DNA of 60,537 bases, the filler included. It is 4 parts of 4 records of this genome, joined end to end, with 100 filler letters (N's around TTAATTAATTAA, not from the genome) between each part and the next. Parts side by side here need not be neighbours in the genome. Positions count along the whole stretch, not along the records: positions 1 to 28,591 come from SRR31156797_6202; positions 28,692 to 47,093 come from SRR31156797_6207; 2 more parts are not named here. The stretch is one strand, 5' to 3'. Within the stretch, counting starts at the first letter, position 1, and each line of letters opens with the position of its first letter. Under the pieces are notes generated by a model. That model searched no databases and was not told the origin of the DNA. It saw nothing but the letters and a program-made list of their open reading frames with translations. This document shows, piece by piece, positions 27,383-37,267 of the stretch. The translations under genes were made by a program, and so were the position numbers.

Positions 27383-27982
27383 TTATTTTGATTTACGTAA
27401 GAATTGTGGCGAACGGGACTTGTTTTTGACCGGAGTTAGTGGTTCAAGGATTCCATGTTTAACCATTTTCACATCTTCAACCGAATAAAATGCATTGGGG
27501 TTGTGCTGGTTTATGATGTTGATCAGGCTATTCAACCGCTTTCGGGGTATAATCGTAAAAATGATATCAACAGGACCCCGGCAGCCTTCCGCTCCAACCC
27601 GTGTGATACCATAGTTTCCTTCACTTAGATGGTTTACAAGGCTGGTGGTTTCTTTTTTTGGAATGATCCTGACAACAACATTGCCGAGCGATAACTTTTC
27701 TTCGAGCAACATCCCAACATAATTTCCTGCCGCAAATCCAAGGCCATAAGCCAGGTAATACACCAGGTTGTCGAGTTGCTGGAAAATCTGACCCACTGCA
27801 GCCAACCAGATTATTACCTCAAAAAAACCAAGCGTGGGAGCCAGCAACTTATACCCTTTCGAAAGGAAAATCAGCCTTAAGGTGCCAATGCTTTGGTCGG
27901 CAATCCTTGACAGGAAAATAAGAAAGGGCAAAATGATCCATGTAAAAACAAATGAATCACCGGTTAAGAAACCAAGGTCCAT
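27383..27982 (-). CDS. DUF5698/DUF2179 (UPF0316-like) membrane protein
   Basis: IFLSRIADQSIGTLR, LGFFEVIIW, GFAAGNYVG, NPNAFYSVEDV. Confidence 0.85.
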   Translation of the reverse strand: MDLGFLTGDSFVFTWIILPFLIFLSRIADQSIGTLRLIFLSKGYKLLAPTLGFFEVIIWLAAVGQIFQQLDNLVYYLAYGLGFAAGNYVGMLLEEKLSLGNVVVRIIPKKETTSLVNHLSEGNYGITRVGAEGCRGPVDIIFTIIPRKRLNSLINIINQHNPNAFYSVEDVKMVKHGILEPLTPVKNKSRSPQFLRKSK

Positions 27983-28175
27983 ACAATTATTGTTTTATTA
28001 ATTTGGGCGCAAAAGTAGGGAATCAGAATGCCCGATTTATAGGGTGTAACAAATAATTTCAAACATGAAATTCAGCTTTTTTTTGATCAGAAAATCAATG
28101 GTTTATTAGCTGGCCAGGCGACTCTTTTGCAATTGGATAAGGATCAATTAATATTGAAAAGCTTTGGAGAATAAA

Positions 28176-28218
28176 AATGACGAATAACGAATAACAAATA
28201 ACTGATTAATCAATAACT
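28176..28218 (+). repeat. Short heptamer array (aataacg-like)
   Basis: aatgacg aataacg aataaca aataact gattaat c aataact just past the cysH stop. Confidence 0.6.
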
Positions 28219-28225
28219 CCTTCTA

Positions 28226-28591
28226 TCACTTCACATGCAACCCGCACTCTTTTTTATCTGGCATTTCCCACCACCAGCGGCCGGAGCGGACATCTTCTCC
28301 GGGCTCAACTGCCCGGGTGCAGGGCTGGCAACCAATACTCGGGAAGCCTTTGTCGTGGAGTTTGTTGTAGGGGATGTTATTTTCCTCGATATAGTTCCAC
28401 ACCTGTTCTTCTGTCCAGTCAACAAGTGGGTTTACTTTGATCAGGCCGTTACCTTCGTCCCATTCAACCAGTTTAATGTCTGTCCTGGTCACAGACTGTG
28501 CCCGTCGTAAACCACTGATCCAAACGTCAAGCCCATTCAGGGCGCGCTTCAATGGAACAATTTTGCGGATGCGGCAGCACTCCTTGCGGTT
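28226..28591 (-). CDS. cysH: APS/PAPS reductase, C-terminal part (5' end lost at contig break)
   Basis: RKECCRIRK, WISGLRRAQ, SIGCQPCT, RSGRW, ECGLH. The CC plus CxxC pattern indicates the 4Fe-4S APS-reductase type. Confidence 0.92.
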   Translation of the reverse strand, partial: NRKECCRIRKIVPLKRALNGLDVWISGLRRAQSVTRTDIKLVEWDEGNGLIKVNPLVDWTEEQVWNYIEENNIPYNKLHDKGFPSIGCQPCTRAVEPGEDVRSGRWWWEMPDKKECGLHVK

Positions 28592-28691
28592 NNNNNNNNN
28601 NNNNNNNNNNNNNNNNNNNNNNNNNNNNNNNNNNNTTAATTAATTAANNNNNNNNNNNNNNNNNNNNNNNNNNNNNNNNNNNNNNNNNNNN
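28592..28691. other. Artificial contig linker
   Basis: N-run, TTAATTAATTAA (stop codons in all six frames), N-run. Confidence 0.99.
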
Positions 28692-28716
28692 GATTCATCA
28701 GTCCCATAAATTATAG

Positions 28717-28773
28717 AGCCAATAAAAAAGCATCACAGTTAGGCAAACTAACTGTGATGCTTTTTTATTGGCT
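28717..28773. terminator. Long bidirectional terminator downstream of secA2
   Basis: 26-bp perfect inverted repeat agccaataaaaaagcatcacagttag-gcaaa-ctaactgtgatgcttttttattggct. Confidence 0.88.
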
Positions 28774-28781
28774 ATAGTTGG

Positions 28782-31151
28782 CTATGGAAATTCAACATCG
28801 AATGAACCATCTTCTGTTTTTACCAACTCGGATAATAATAAATTTCTGACTGCTTCAAGATAAATGGCTTCACGCATTTCAGTAAAAGAACGATGTGCTT
28901 CTACTTGAAATTCATAGATGGGGCGATGTTGTCCCCAGTTTCGCCCATTGATGACTGTTTTCAATTGTTGCAGGTTGTCTGATTGTTCGATCCAAAGAGT
29001 ATCTAAGGCTTTTAAAAGAATGATTCGCTTGAAAAACAGCTGTTGGAAACTATCTGGCATAAATTGTTGAATGTGAATCAAACGCTCTGAAATCAGATCC
29101 AATAAAAATTTTTTGACCGTTCGCTTATTAAATTTATCTAGTTTCTCGATTTCAAAAACATCAAAATTATAGTCCAAATTATTAAAGATAAAATCAAGGA
29201 TCGCTTGTTGATTTAGGTTCTCTTTTTTAGTGGTGAATTGATTGATTGTTTCTTCTATGCATTGATTAATGATGTTTTCTAACTCGACAGGGGTACCTTT
29301 CATAATGCTGTTTCTCATGCTGTACATTTTGTCTCTTTGAATGGTAATAATTGAGTCAAATTCTAGCGTCGTTTGACGTCCGGCAATTTCTTGATTTTTG
29401 CGATTGCTTTGAGACTGATTGATTAGTTTATTGTATTTTTTCTTTTTTAAGGGCGTGAGATCACTGGATAATTCTTCTTGTTCAGTTAATAATTCTCGTT
29501 CGTCGGCGGCCCATTTGGGTGCACTTTCAACCACGATTTTGTCTTCCATAGATACATAGAAAATACTGTCACCCGGATCTCCTTGACGTCCAGAGCGGCC
29601 CCGAAGCTGATTGTCAATTCGGTCACTGGTCATCCGCTCAGTTCCTACTACTAATAGACCACCATTTTCCCGTGCGTCTTCTTCCAGTTTAATATCTGTA
29701 CCACGCCCAGCCATTGAAGTAGCCACAGTTACGGCACCTTTTTTACCAGCTTCTGAGATGATCCAGGATTCCTTGGTCGCTGTTGTAGCGTTTAAAAGAT
29801 TATGAGGGATTCGATGCTTTAAGAGAATCAGGGAGTATAACGTCGACATTGAGACTGATCCTGTCTCAATCAATACGGGGCGTTCTTGCGTCAAAGCATT
29901 TCTTACTGCTTCTAAAGAAGCCATGATTTTCGACTGATTGGTCACATAGACCAGATCCTGATGATCTTTTCGGCGAATGGGTTTATTTGTCGGAATTTCG
30001 ATTACGTCAATATCATACGTTTCTCGAAATTCGTCGGCGTCTGTTTTGGCAGTACCAGTCATTCCGGACAAAATTTTAAATTTTCGGAATAGGTTTTGGT
30101 AGGTAATGGAGCCCATGGAGCGGCTCTCTGTAGTAATCTCTACGCCTTCTTTCGCTTCGATTGCTTGATGAAGGCCAGCTTGTAGTTTTGTTCCAATCAG
30201 CTTACGTCCATTTGCTTCATCAAGCAAAAGAATCTCGTTGTCCTCCACAACATAGTCTTTGTTTAAGTGTAAGAGATAATTGGCCCGTAAGGCAATGACT
30301 AAATGACGGTAAAGACTTTTCCATTTTTCTGAAAGAATAGTTTCAATACCTAAGTAGTCTTCGGCTTTTTTTATGCCTGCTTCTGTAAACCAAGCGTGAC
30401 GTTTGTTTTCACTTCTCATAAAGTCTTTACCTTCAATCAAGCTTTTCACAAACCAATCAGATAGCGTAAAAAAATTTGACTGAACTTTGGGTGCTCCTGA
30501 AATGATCAATGGCGTTTGCGCCATATCAAGTAATATTGCATCGATTTCATCTATCAGTACATAATTGAAGTGGGTGACATATTGTTCGTCTGGAGAAACA
30601 GCCAAGTTGTCAAATAAATAGTCAAAGCCCAGTGCGCTATGCGTCGTATAGACGATGTCTGCTGCATAGACCACCTCTTTATCGATTTCTTCTCCTTCAT
30701 CTTCATGTTCAGGAACACCTGCAGCCACGGATAGTCCTAGAAAACGATAGACTTTTCCCGTTTCTTCAATATCTCGCAAGGCTAAATACGTATTAGAAGT
30801 AATCAAGAAATTGCCTTTGCCTCCCAGACCATGTAAATACATCGGCATGGTTGCGGTCAATGTTTTTCCTTCTCCGGTTTTCATTTCAGCAACATTGCCG
30901 TAAAAAAGAGCAATTGCGCCAAGAATTTGAACAAAATAAGGCTCCATTCCCAAGACACGACGGTCTGCTTCGACAACGACAGCATAGGCTTGCGGGAGTA
31001 AACTCTCCAGTTTTTTGCCCTGTTCGAGTTGTTGTCGAAAATGAATGGTTTGCATTTGCAATTCTTGATCTGATAATTGCCGATAGTTTTCTGCAAGACT
31101 TTGAACTTTTCTCGCCAACCGAATATACTTGCGAAACTTTTTATCTTTCAT
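28782..31151 (-). CDS. secA2: Accessory Sec translocase ATPase SecA2
   Basis: AEMKTGEGKT, IDEIDAIL, LHQAIEAKE, GMTGTA, MAGRGTDI, QLRGRSGRQGDPG. Short, with no C-terminal zinc tail. AGGAGG RBS before the ATG at 31151. Confidence 0.93.
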   Translation of the reverse strand: MKDKKFRKYIRLARKVQSLAENYRQLSDQELQMQTIHFRQQLEQGKKLESLLPQAYAVVVEADRRVLGMEPYFVQILGAIALFYGNVAEMKTGEGKTLTATMPMYLHGLGGKGNFLITSNTYLALRDIEETGKVYRFLGLSVAAGVPEHEDEGEEIDKEVVYAADIVYTTHSALGFDYLFDNLAVSPDEQYVTHFNYVLIDEIDAILLDMAQTPLIISGAPKVQSNFFTLSDWFVKSLIEGKDFMRSENKRHAWFTEAGIKKAEDYLGIETILSEKWKSLYRHLVIALRANYLLHLNKDYVVEDNEILLLDEANGRKLIGTKLQAGLHQAIEAKEGVEITTESRSMGSITYQNLFRKFKILSGMTGTAKTDADEFRETYDIDVIEIPTNKPIRRKDHQDLVYVTNQSKIMASLEAVRNALTQERPVLIETGSVSMSTLYSLILLKHRIPHNLLNATTATKESWIISEAGKKGAVTVATSMAGRGTDIKLEEDARENGGLLVVGTERMTSDRIDNQLRGRSGRQGDPGDSIFYVSMEDKIVVESAPKWAADERELLTEQEELSSDLTPLKKKKYNKLINQSQSNRKNQEIAGRQTTLEFDSIITIQRDKMYSMRNSIMKGTPVELENIINQCIEETINQFTTKKENLNQQAILDFIFNNLDYNFDVFEIEKLDKFNKRTVKKFLLDLISERLIHIQQFMPDSFQQLFFKRIILLKALDTLWIEQSDNLQQLKTVINGRNWGQHRPIYEFQVEAHRSFTEMREAIYLEAVRNLLLSELVKTEDGSFDVEFP

Positions 31152-31197
31152 TTTTTTGTTCCTCCTTTCAAAAACTGATATTGCTTGTGGCTTAAGC

Positions 31198-31653
31198 TTA
31201 ATCAGCAATGCTTTCTAATTTAGCACGAATCATGACGTCGTCTAGGTCAAAAAGATATTCCCTCATCAAATCATTGGCTTCTAAAAAAAAGACGATCTTT
31301 CCCTTCTGAGTAACTAGTTTCATCTTTCTTGATGCAATAAGTGGTTCTTCGTTTTGATCCAGCAGCGCTTCACCAGAACTTGTTACGAAGTGAAGTGAAA
31401 ACGTATAGGTTTTGGTGCTATCCATATTATAGTAGGGAAATTCACCGTGATAGATGGACTCTTGATCAACTGCTTCCAAAGAGTCATCAGTCCGCAAAAC
31501 GACAGCTTTTAGGTTTAACTTAGGCGTCGGTTCATTGTCAGGGACCCTAGATTCTGTAGTCGGTGTTTCGTTGACTGTTAAATTTTCTTTCAAAAAAAAG
31601 ATACCTCCTAAGAGCAAAACGAGAGGTATGATGACTTCAATTAGTTTTTTCAT
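31198..31653 (-). CDS. Membrane-anchored protein with one degenerate VaFE-repeat-like Ig domain
   Basis: N-terminal TM helix. Y.NM...KTYT...L....GEALLD...EPL.AS...KG.IVF resembles VaFE / T-Q ester repeat domains. Start could also be 31737. Confidence 0.55.
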   Translation of the reverse strand: MKKLIEVIIPLVLLLGGIFFLKENLTVNETPTTESRVPDNEPTPKLNLKAVVLRTDDSLEAVDQESIYHGEFPYYNMDSTKTYTFSLHFVTSSGEALLDQNEEPLIASRKMKLVTQKGKIVFFLEANDLMREYLFDLDDVMIRAKLESIAD

Positions 31654-31916
31654 AGTAAAGACCTTCTTTTGGGGGCTATTTCTCAGGAAATTCTCCCTTT
31701 TTTTCTTTTCCAATCCTTGTATTTCTCTGATGACCATTTAAAGTGAGTAGTTTTTACTTATTTGAATTTAAAACGATGATACCACAATGACCAACCTCAC
31801 CTTTTCCTTTTTTTTTTTTATTTCAACAAAAAACAAGTACAAAAGGCAATTTTAAACCTGTTACTATTTTGTTAAACCTTGCAGATTAAAAAAAAGTAAG
31901 AAAATTGGAGATGAAA

Positions 31917-33134
31917 ATGAAGAATCAAAAAGAACTCATTCGAAGAATAATCGCGAGCTTTTTCCTTTTGTTCATTGTTGAGATAGGTAAGCATATCCAG
32001 GTTCCTTTTTTTATTTCAGAAAAGATACCAGAGGAATCAACTAGTTTGATTCTGAAATTTTTAGCGACATCAACCGGTGGGAATTTTACTGTTCCAACGC
32101 TTTTTTCTTTAGGGATGGGCCCGTATATGACTGCCCTGATCATCTGGACAACGATAAGCATGATTGATACAGAAAGTATCGGAAATCTTTCCACCAAACG
32201 AATTGGGTATATTCAACGCAGTTTGACTCTTTTATTTGCTATCCTTCAAAGTTGCGCACTGGTTTTAAAATTTCGTTCCTCAATGATTGATCAAAAAGCA
32301 ATTGGAGGCTCTATTGTCCTGTTGTTTTTAGGAGCAGTTCTTCTTTTGACGGCTGGGGGATTGTTCGTTGCATGGCTAGCTGATATCAACATTGATAAAG
32401 GAATTGGAGGTCAAAGTCTGTTTATTGTTCCAGGTTTACTGATGAATATCCCAGCTATGTTAATTTCGGGACAAACAGAATCCGTTCATTTAAGTCAAAA
32501 CTTTATTATCGGGTTAGTTATGGTGACCTTAGTTTTTATTTATCTCACACTCTTCCTGTACAATGCAGAATACCGTATCAATATTGAACGGACAGGTATC
32601 GACAGTCGCTTTAACAATTCATATATTCCTATTCGACTTTTACCTGCCGGGGCAATGCCTTTCATGTTTGCAGTAACCGTCTTTTCAATGCCACAGCTTT
32701 TACTATTGAACGAAAAGTGGGGAGACACAGGCTTTTCAAATTTTATTACGACTTACTTTTCCTTTAATAATGTGCGGGGTATTTTCACTTATGGTCTGAT
32801 TCTCTATGTTTTAGGTTACGGATTTAGTTTTATAAATGTTCGACCATACGATATAGCCAAAAATCTAAAAGAGACGGGAGATTACATTTTAAATGTTGCT
32901 CCTGGCAAACAGACAGAGCGATATATATTGAAGCGTTTATCAACCGTTGCATTACTTGGCAACAGTTATCTTGTGATCGTTTCAATGATTCCCTTGTTGA
33001 TTGGATTGCAAAATCAAATCATTTCCAACTTAGCTTTTTATTTCGGAAGTATTTTTATGTTGATCATCATTTTAGAAACTATCACAAATGAAATACGGTT
33101 CCTCTTTTCCAGACATACTTACCGGATTTTTTAG
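31917..33134 (+). CDS. secY2: Accessory Sec translocon SecY2
   Basis: About 10 TM segments, LFSLGMGPYMTA.I, KGIGGQS, YIPIRLLPAGAMPFMF, IAKNLKETGDYILNVAPG..TE.YI. Start between 31905 and 31917. Confidence 0.92.
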   Translation: MKNQKELIRRIIASFFLLFIVEIGKHIQVPFFISEKIPEESTSLILKFLATSTGGNFTVPTLFSLGMGPYMTALIIWTTISMIDTESIGNLSTKRIGYIQRSLTLLFAILQSCALVLKFRSSMIDQKAIGGSIVLLFLGAVLLLTAGGLFVAWLADINIDKGIGGQSLFIVPGLLMNIPAMLISGQTESVHLSQNFIIGLVMVTLVFIYLTLFLYNAEYRINIERTGIDSRFNNSYIPIRLLPAGAMPFMFAVTVFSMPQLLLLNEKWGDTGFSNFITTYFSFNNVRGIFTYGLILYVLGYGFSFINVRPYDIAKNLKETGDYILNVAPGKQTERYILKRLSTVALLGNSYLVIVSMIPLLIGLQNQIISNLAFYFGSIFMLIIILETITNEIRFLFSRHTYRIF

Positions 33135-33155
33135 AGGATGTTAGGAGGCAATTTT

Positions 33156-34757
33156 TTGAATTATTTTATCCCTGATTGGACGACCAGTAGTGGCAATTTA
33201 GAAAGTGATTATATGATGAATATCATTCAGCTTTTCAAGAACAATCGAGAACCGTATCACTTATTGTTATTGGAGCATATACCGTTTTTACGTTATCAGA
33301 TGCATGCATATGAATTAGAAGTAGCGCAAATGACTTCGCTTTATGATCGCTTGCAAGACATTCAAAAAACCAATGGATTTCCCTTAGATGTCGATGACTT
33401 GCCTCTTGCTCAGAATGTTGAGAAGGTCTATACACCTTTTGGAATCACGCTGATTAAGGAAAATCAACCATTTGGTGAAATTCGGTTCAATTCATTTGGT
33501 TTTGCAGAACAGATGTCTATAATGACGGAACCTTATCGACAAATCCTCTTTTTCGATGATCGGGGATTTATTTCTGCAAAATCGTTCCAGAATGACAAAG
33601 GGGAACAAGTAAAGAAGATTTATTATAACGAATCGGGAATGGAAAAATGTGTGGAATACTTTGGAGAAAATCCACAGATTGAGCTGATAAATCCTCAAAG
33701 AATTGGGCTAAAGAAAAGTCAGTATCAAAGCATGGATGAACTTCTTTTAGAGATGATGAATCAATTTCAACTGAATCTTGAGCCAGAAGATCAAACAATT
33801 TGTTTGACAAATGAGCGGAGTCTACGATTGGTCAAAACGAACGAGGAACGAAAAAGAGTGATCCAGATCGTTTCTGATGCCCACAGACTTTCAACTTGTG
33901 CATCAGATGAAAAAGCAGCATTATGGGCTGGCGAAAATAAAATCATTACTGATTCGACTAGTAATCAAACAGCGCTTTTCTCTTTAATGAAACAGTCCGG
34001 TGTCAATGACCTATCTCGGATACAGCGCATACCTATTTACACAACTTCTTTTCAGCTGGGCAATAGCAACTCCATTCCCCAGCTGGTTCTTTATTGGAAC
34101 GCCGGTGAGCTTAACGAAGACGTTCGGAGAATCCATCATCTATTACTGCAAAAAGTTATTCAGAATGATCGTTATGACTTAATTATCGAAACGACGACAT
34201 TCCAAAGCGAAGTCGTTTTACGAGAAGCACAAAAAGAACTGGTTGATACTCACTTCGGTGTCGATAGTGAAACTGAGGAGTATCAAAAGGTATTAAAGTA
34301 TTTCGAAGCAAAAAAGGCGAAAAAGTTATTTAAAACGGATGAAGAGGCGATTGAAGAGATCCGAGAAAGCAAAAATTGGCGAAATCTAGTAGAGGCAGTT
34401 GATGTCAATTTTAGGATTCACTTTCGTTTGGATTCTCATCTCACCACGATTCGTCAGGATTTCAATGAGACACGATTGTATATTGATTTGTCTGCTGAAG
34501 TTGATGTCCAGAAACAAGCACTAGCTGTTAGTGCAGGGATTCCTCAGCTTGTTAGGAAGAAAACCGATTATGTGGATGACCAAAAGAATGGGCAAATCAT
34601 TGGTCAAATTAGAGAATTAGATGCAGCAATCGCTTTTTACCTGGACGATTTAAATAATTGGAACCAAGCATTGGTGGAAAATATTAGTTATATTGAGCGT
34701 TTTAGTGAGGAAAATATTATTAAACAATGGAGGGAGTTGCTAGAGGGTGTCGTCTAA
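33156..34757 (+). CDS. asp1: Accessory Sec protein Asp1
   Basis: YFIPDW start, PFLRY, FDDRGFIS, RLYIDLS..D....A.AVSAGIPQ, YL..LNNWNQALV. TTG start with an AGGAGG RBS. Confidence 0.9.
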   Translation: MNYFIPDWTTSSGNLESDYMMNIIQLFKNNREPYHLLLLEHIPFLRYQMHAYELEVAQMTSLYDRLQDIQKTNGFPLDVDDLPLAQNVEKVYTPFGITLIKENQPFGEIRFNSFGFAEQMSIMTEPYRQILFFDDRGFISAKSFQNDKGEQVKKIYYNESGMEKCVEYFGENPQIELINPQRIGLKKSQYQSMDELLLEMMNQFQLNLEPEDQTICLTNERSLRLVKTNEERKRVIQIVSDAHRLSTCASDEKAALWAGENKIITDSTSNQTALFSLMKQSGVNDLSRIQRIPIYTTSFQLGNSNSIPQLVLYWNAGELNEDVRRIHHLLLQKVIQNDRYDLIIETTTFQSEVVLREAQKELVDTHFGVDSETEEYQKVLKYFEAKKAKKLFKTDEEAIEEIRESKNWRNLVEAVDVNFRIHFRLDSHLTTIRQDFNETRLYIDLSAEVDVQKQALAVSAGIPQLVRKKTDYVDDQKNGQIIGQIRELDAAIAFYLDDLNNWNQALVENISYIERFSEENIIKQWRELLEGVV

Positions 34758-36330
34758 ACAGATTCAGGTATTTCATGTTGCAGCTGTTTCTTCTGAGGGG
34801 CAAAAGCAGCTTTCTCCTTTGTTTGCCTATCAGTGGCTTCCGTTGGCCTATGATTTCAGAAAAGATGAGCAGGAGCTACAGCTGTTTAAGAAAGACAAAT
34901 ATAATACCAAATACCATCGGGCAATTTTTCTTCTAGAGGAAAATGCCGCGATTCTTGAAAATTTGGAATTTTTAAAACAATTGCCAGCCTACCAAATATT
35001 TTACGAAGAAAATGGGCAGCTATCTCCAGAAGTTCAAGCGCTATTCACATTAAAAGCAGCGAATCCTTTTGATAAAAAGCAGCTAGAAAATGTTTTTCGT
35101 ACGATCAATGAGCAATTCTCAGCAAAGCAACAAGGATATAAGCTATCTATGGATCACATGAAATTTAATAAAACTGTCCCGTTGCAGATCGTTAAAGAAG
35201 GACATGCAGCCTGTCAGGTAAAGGCACAACTGACATCAGACGATCAGCAAATAACTACTTGGAAAATGACTAACCTGATACCTAAAGACGAACGCACCTG
35301 TTTTTATCCGGAGATCGCAGATGTTCAAGGAGAAGTGACATTAAAAATCAAACTCTTTTTCATTAAAGAAAACACGAATCAAGTCATCCAAGTGATTGAG
35401 GTCCTTCACGATCAAATCATAAATGGGGAGCCGGTTTACTTCAAATTAGATCAAAATTCATACATCAATGTTTCATTGTATGCCAAAGGAAATCGAGGGC
35501 AATTTACGATCGGGCAGATGCACCTGCGAAGAGCAATGGCAGATGAAAGTGTCATGATTCCAGGAGGCGGACGGATTCGGGATGAAGAGAATCTGGGGGG
35601 CGAAGTGATCTATTACTTTAATCCGGGAGATTTAAAACCTCCATTAGCGGTTTATTTTTCTGGCTATCGTTCAGCGGAAGGATTTGAAGGCCGTGGGATG
35701 ATGGGAAGTATGGGCTGTCCGTTTCTGCTGATTGGTGACCCTCGTTTAGAAGGTGGGAATTTCTATCTAGGCAGCCAGAAATTCGAACAAGAAATCGTAG
35801 CGATCATCTTAGGGAAACTAGCACTGCTAGGATTTGATAAGTCAGACCTCATTTTATCCGGATTATCGATGGGCACGTTTGGGGCGCTGTATTTTGCTAG
35901 CGATTTAAGCCCAAACAGTGTCATTGTGGGAAAACCGTTGACGAATCTTGGTTCCATTGCTCTAAATGAACGCATCAATCGACCAACTGGATTTCCAACC
36001 TCATTGGATATGCTGCTTTACAATATTGGGGTTGTTTCAAAAGAAGCGAGCAGTCAATTGAATGAACGGTTCTGGAGCAAATTCAAAAGTGGCGATTATC
36101 GGGAGACAACCTTTGCGATCGCCTATATGAAACAAGACGATTACGACATGGAGGCATTTCCAATGTTGTTTGAATTTTTAAAAAATAATTTCCCCATGAC
36201 TCGTGTTCTGTATAAAGGCATGATCGGCCGACATAACGATAATAGTCCTGCCATCAATAATTGGTTTTTGAAACAATACAAAAATATTCTCGTGCATACA
36301 TTTCACCGCGATATCAAGAAAATATTATAG
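34747..36330 (+). CDS. asp2: Accessory Sec protein Asp2 (O-acetyltransferase fold)
   Basis: YYFNPGDLKPPLAVYFSGYRSAEGFEG, DPRLEGG.FY, GLSMG, YM.QDDYD, GRHND (Ser-Asp-His triad). Confidence 0.93.
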   Translation: MSSKQIQVFHVAAVSSEGQKQLSPLFAYQWLPLAYDFRKDEQELQLFKKDKYNTKYHRAIFLLEENAAILENLEFLKQLPAYQIFYEENGQLSPEVQALFTLKAANPFDKKQLENVFRTINEQFSAKQQGYKLSMDHMKFNKTVPLQIVKEGHAACQVKAQLTSDDQQITTWKMTNLIPKDERTCFYPEIADVQGEVTLKIKLFFIKENTNQVIQVIEVLHDQIINGEPVYFKLDQNSYINVSLYAKGNRGQFTIGQMHLRRAMADESVMIPGGGRIRDEENLGGEVIYYFNPGDLKPPLAVYFSGYRSAEGFEGRGMMGSMGCPFLLIGDPRLEGGNFYLGSQKFEQEIVAIILGKLALLGFDKSDLILSGLSMGTFGALYFASDLSPNSVIVGKPLTNLGSIALNERINRPTGFPTSLDMLLYNIGVVSKEASSQLNERFWSKFKSGDYRETTFAIAYMKQDDYDMEAFPMLFEFLKNNFPMTRVLYKGMIGRHNDNSPAINNWFLKQYKNILVHTFHRDIKKIL

Positions 36331-36345
36331 GGAATGAGGGAGTCG

Positions 36346-37251
36346 ATGAATAGTTTATATCGTATCAAGTGGGGGATCGACTTTAATGACAATTATAATT
36401 ATGGCGCAAAAATAGCTTATATGCCCTCTGGGGATGTCTTGTACTCTTCTCCTTTGATGCCTCCAGGCGTCAGTATTAAATCTTGGTATTCGAAAACAGA
36501 ATTTCATATTAGTCGGAAATCACCAATGCTACCAATGTTACTGCCTGGATACAAGTACGAGTTAACACTTCATGCTGCATTCGATCGTAAGGAAGCAGTA
36601 CAGCTATTGGTGGAATTTTTTGATAAGGATGGGTTTCTCCTTGAAAAACTAGTCTTCGAAACAAACCAAGAATGTTTTCTCTTTCCGCAAGGTGCCACTG
36701 ATTATCAGATTCATATGGTAAACAAAAAGCATCAAGAGATTCATTTTAAGGAATTGGTTTTATCCACTAAGGAGAATCAAGCATTTGAAGTGGTTCCTAT
36801 AAATGCAAACACTGGAGCAAACCAAGGCTCAAACATAGCAACCAGCGTTGTTGCGGTTACACCGTTGGTTGAGAAACATGCTGCCTTATCGGTCGTATTT
36901 GAAAAACAGAACAGCTATGTCAAAGAATATTCACTTTCAGATTTTGAAGCAGGATTGTTTGTTGAACCGGATACTAAGGCTGCATCATCGTATTTGGAAG
37001 TATTGCTTGAACAAATCTATCAGCGAAGCGACAGTCCCGAAAAAATCAACCTTAAAATGGGACAAAATTTTTCTTTGCTGGAGTCTTGTTACCACGAAGA
37101 TTTTTCTGTATTAGCTTTATTATTTGCAAAGCCAAATGAAGAAGCCGAAGCACCCGAGCTTATGGATCGTCTGCAAAAAAAGATCGCACTTAATCAAAGG
37201 GCACTAAAAGTTTTAGAGAATGTAAAAGAAAACAGGAAAAAATCAACCTAA
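36346..37251 (+). CDS. asp3: Accessory Sec protein Asp3 with C-terminal extension
   Basis: I.WG....YNYG, SPLMPPGVSIKSWYS.T.F....P.LP.L..G..Y, F.FP.GA.DY.I. Confidence 0.88.
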   Translation: MNSLYRIKWGIDFNDNYNYGAKIAYMPSGDVLYSSPLMPPGVSIKSWYSKTEFHISRKSPMLPMLLPGYKYELTLHAAFDRKEAVQLLVEFFDKDGFLLEKLVFETNQECFLFPQGATDYQIHMVNKKHQEIHFKELVLSTKENQAFEVVPINANTGANQGSNIATSVVAVTPLVEKHAALSVVFEKQNSYVKEYSLSDFEAGLFVEPDTKAASSYLEVLLEQIYQRSDSPEKINLKMGQNFSLLESCYHEDFSVLALLFAKPNEEAEAPELMDRLQKKIALNQRALKVLENVKENRKKST

Positions 37252-37267
37252 TAAAGAGGGGGACATC

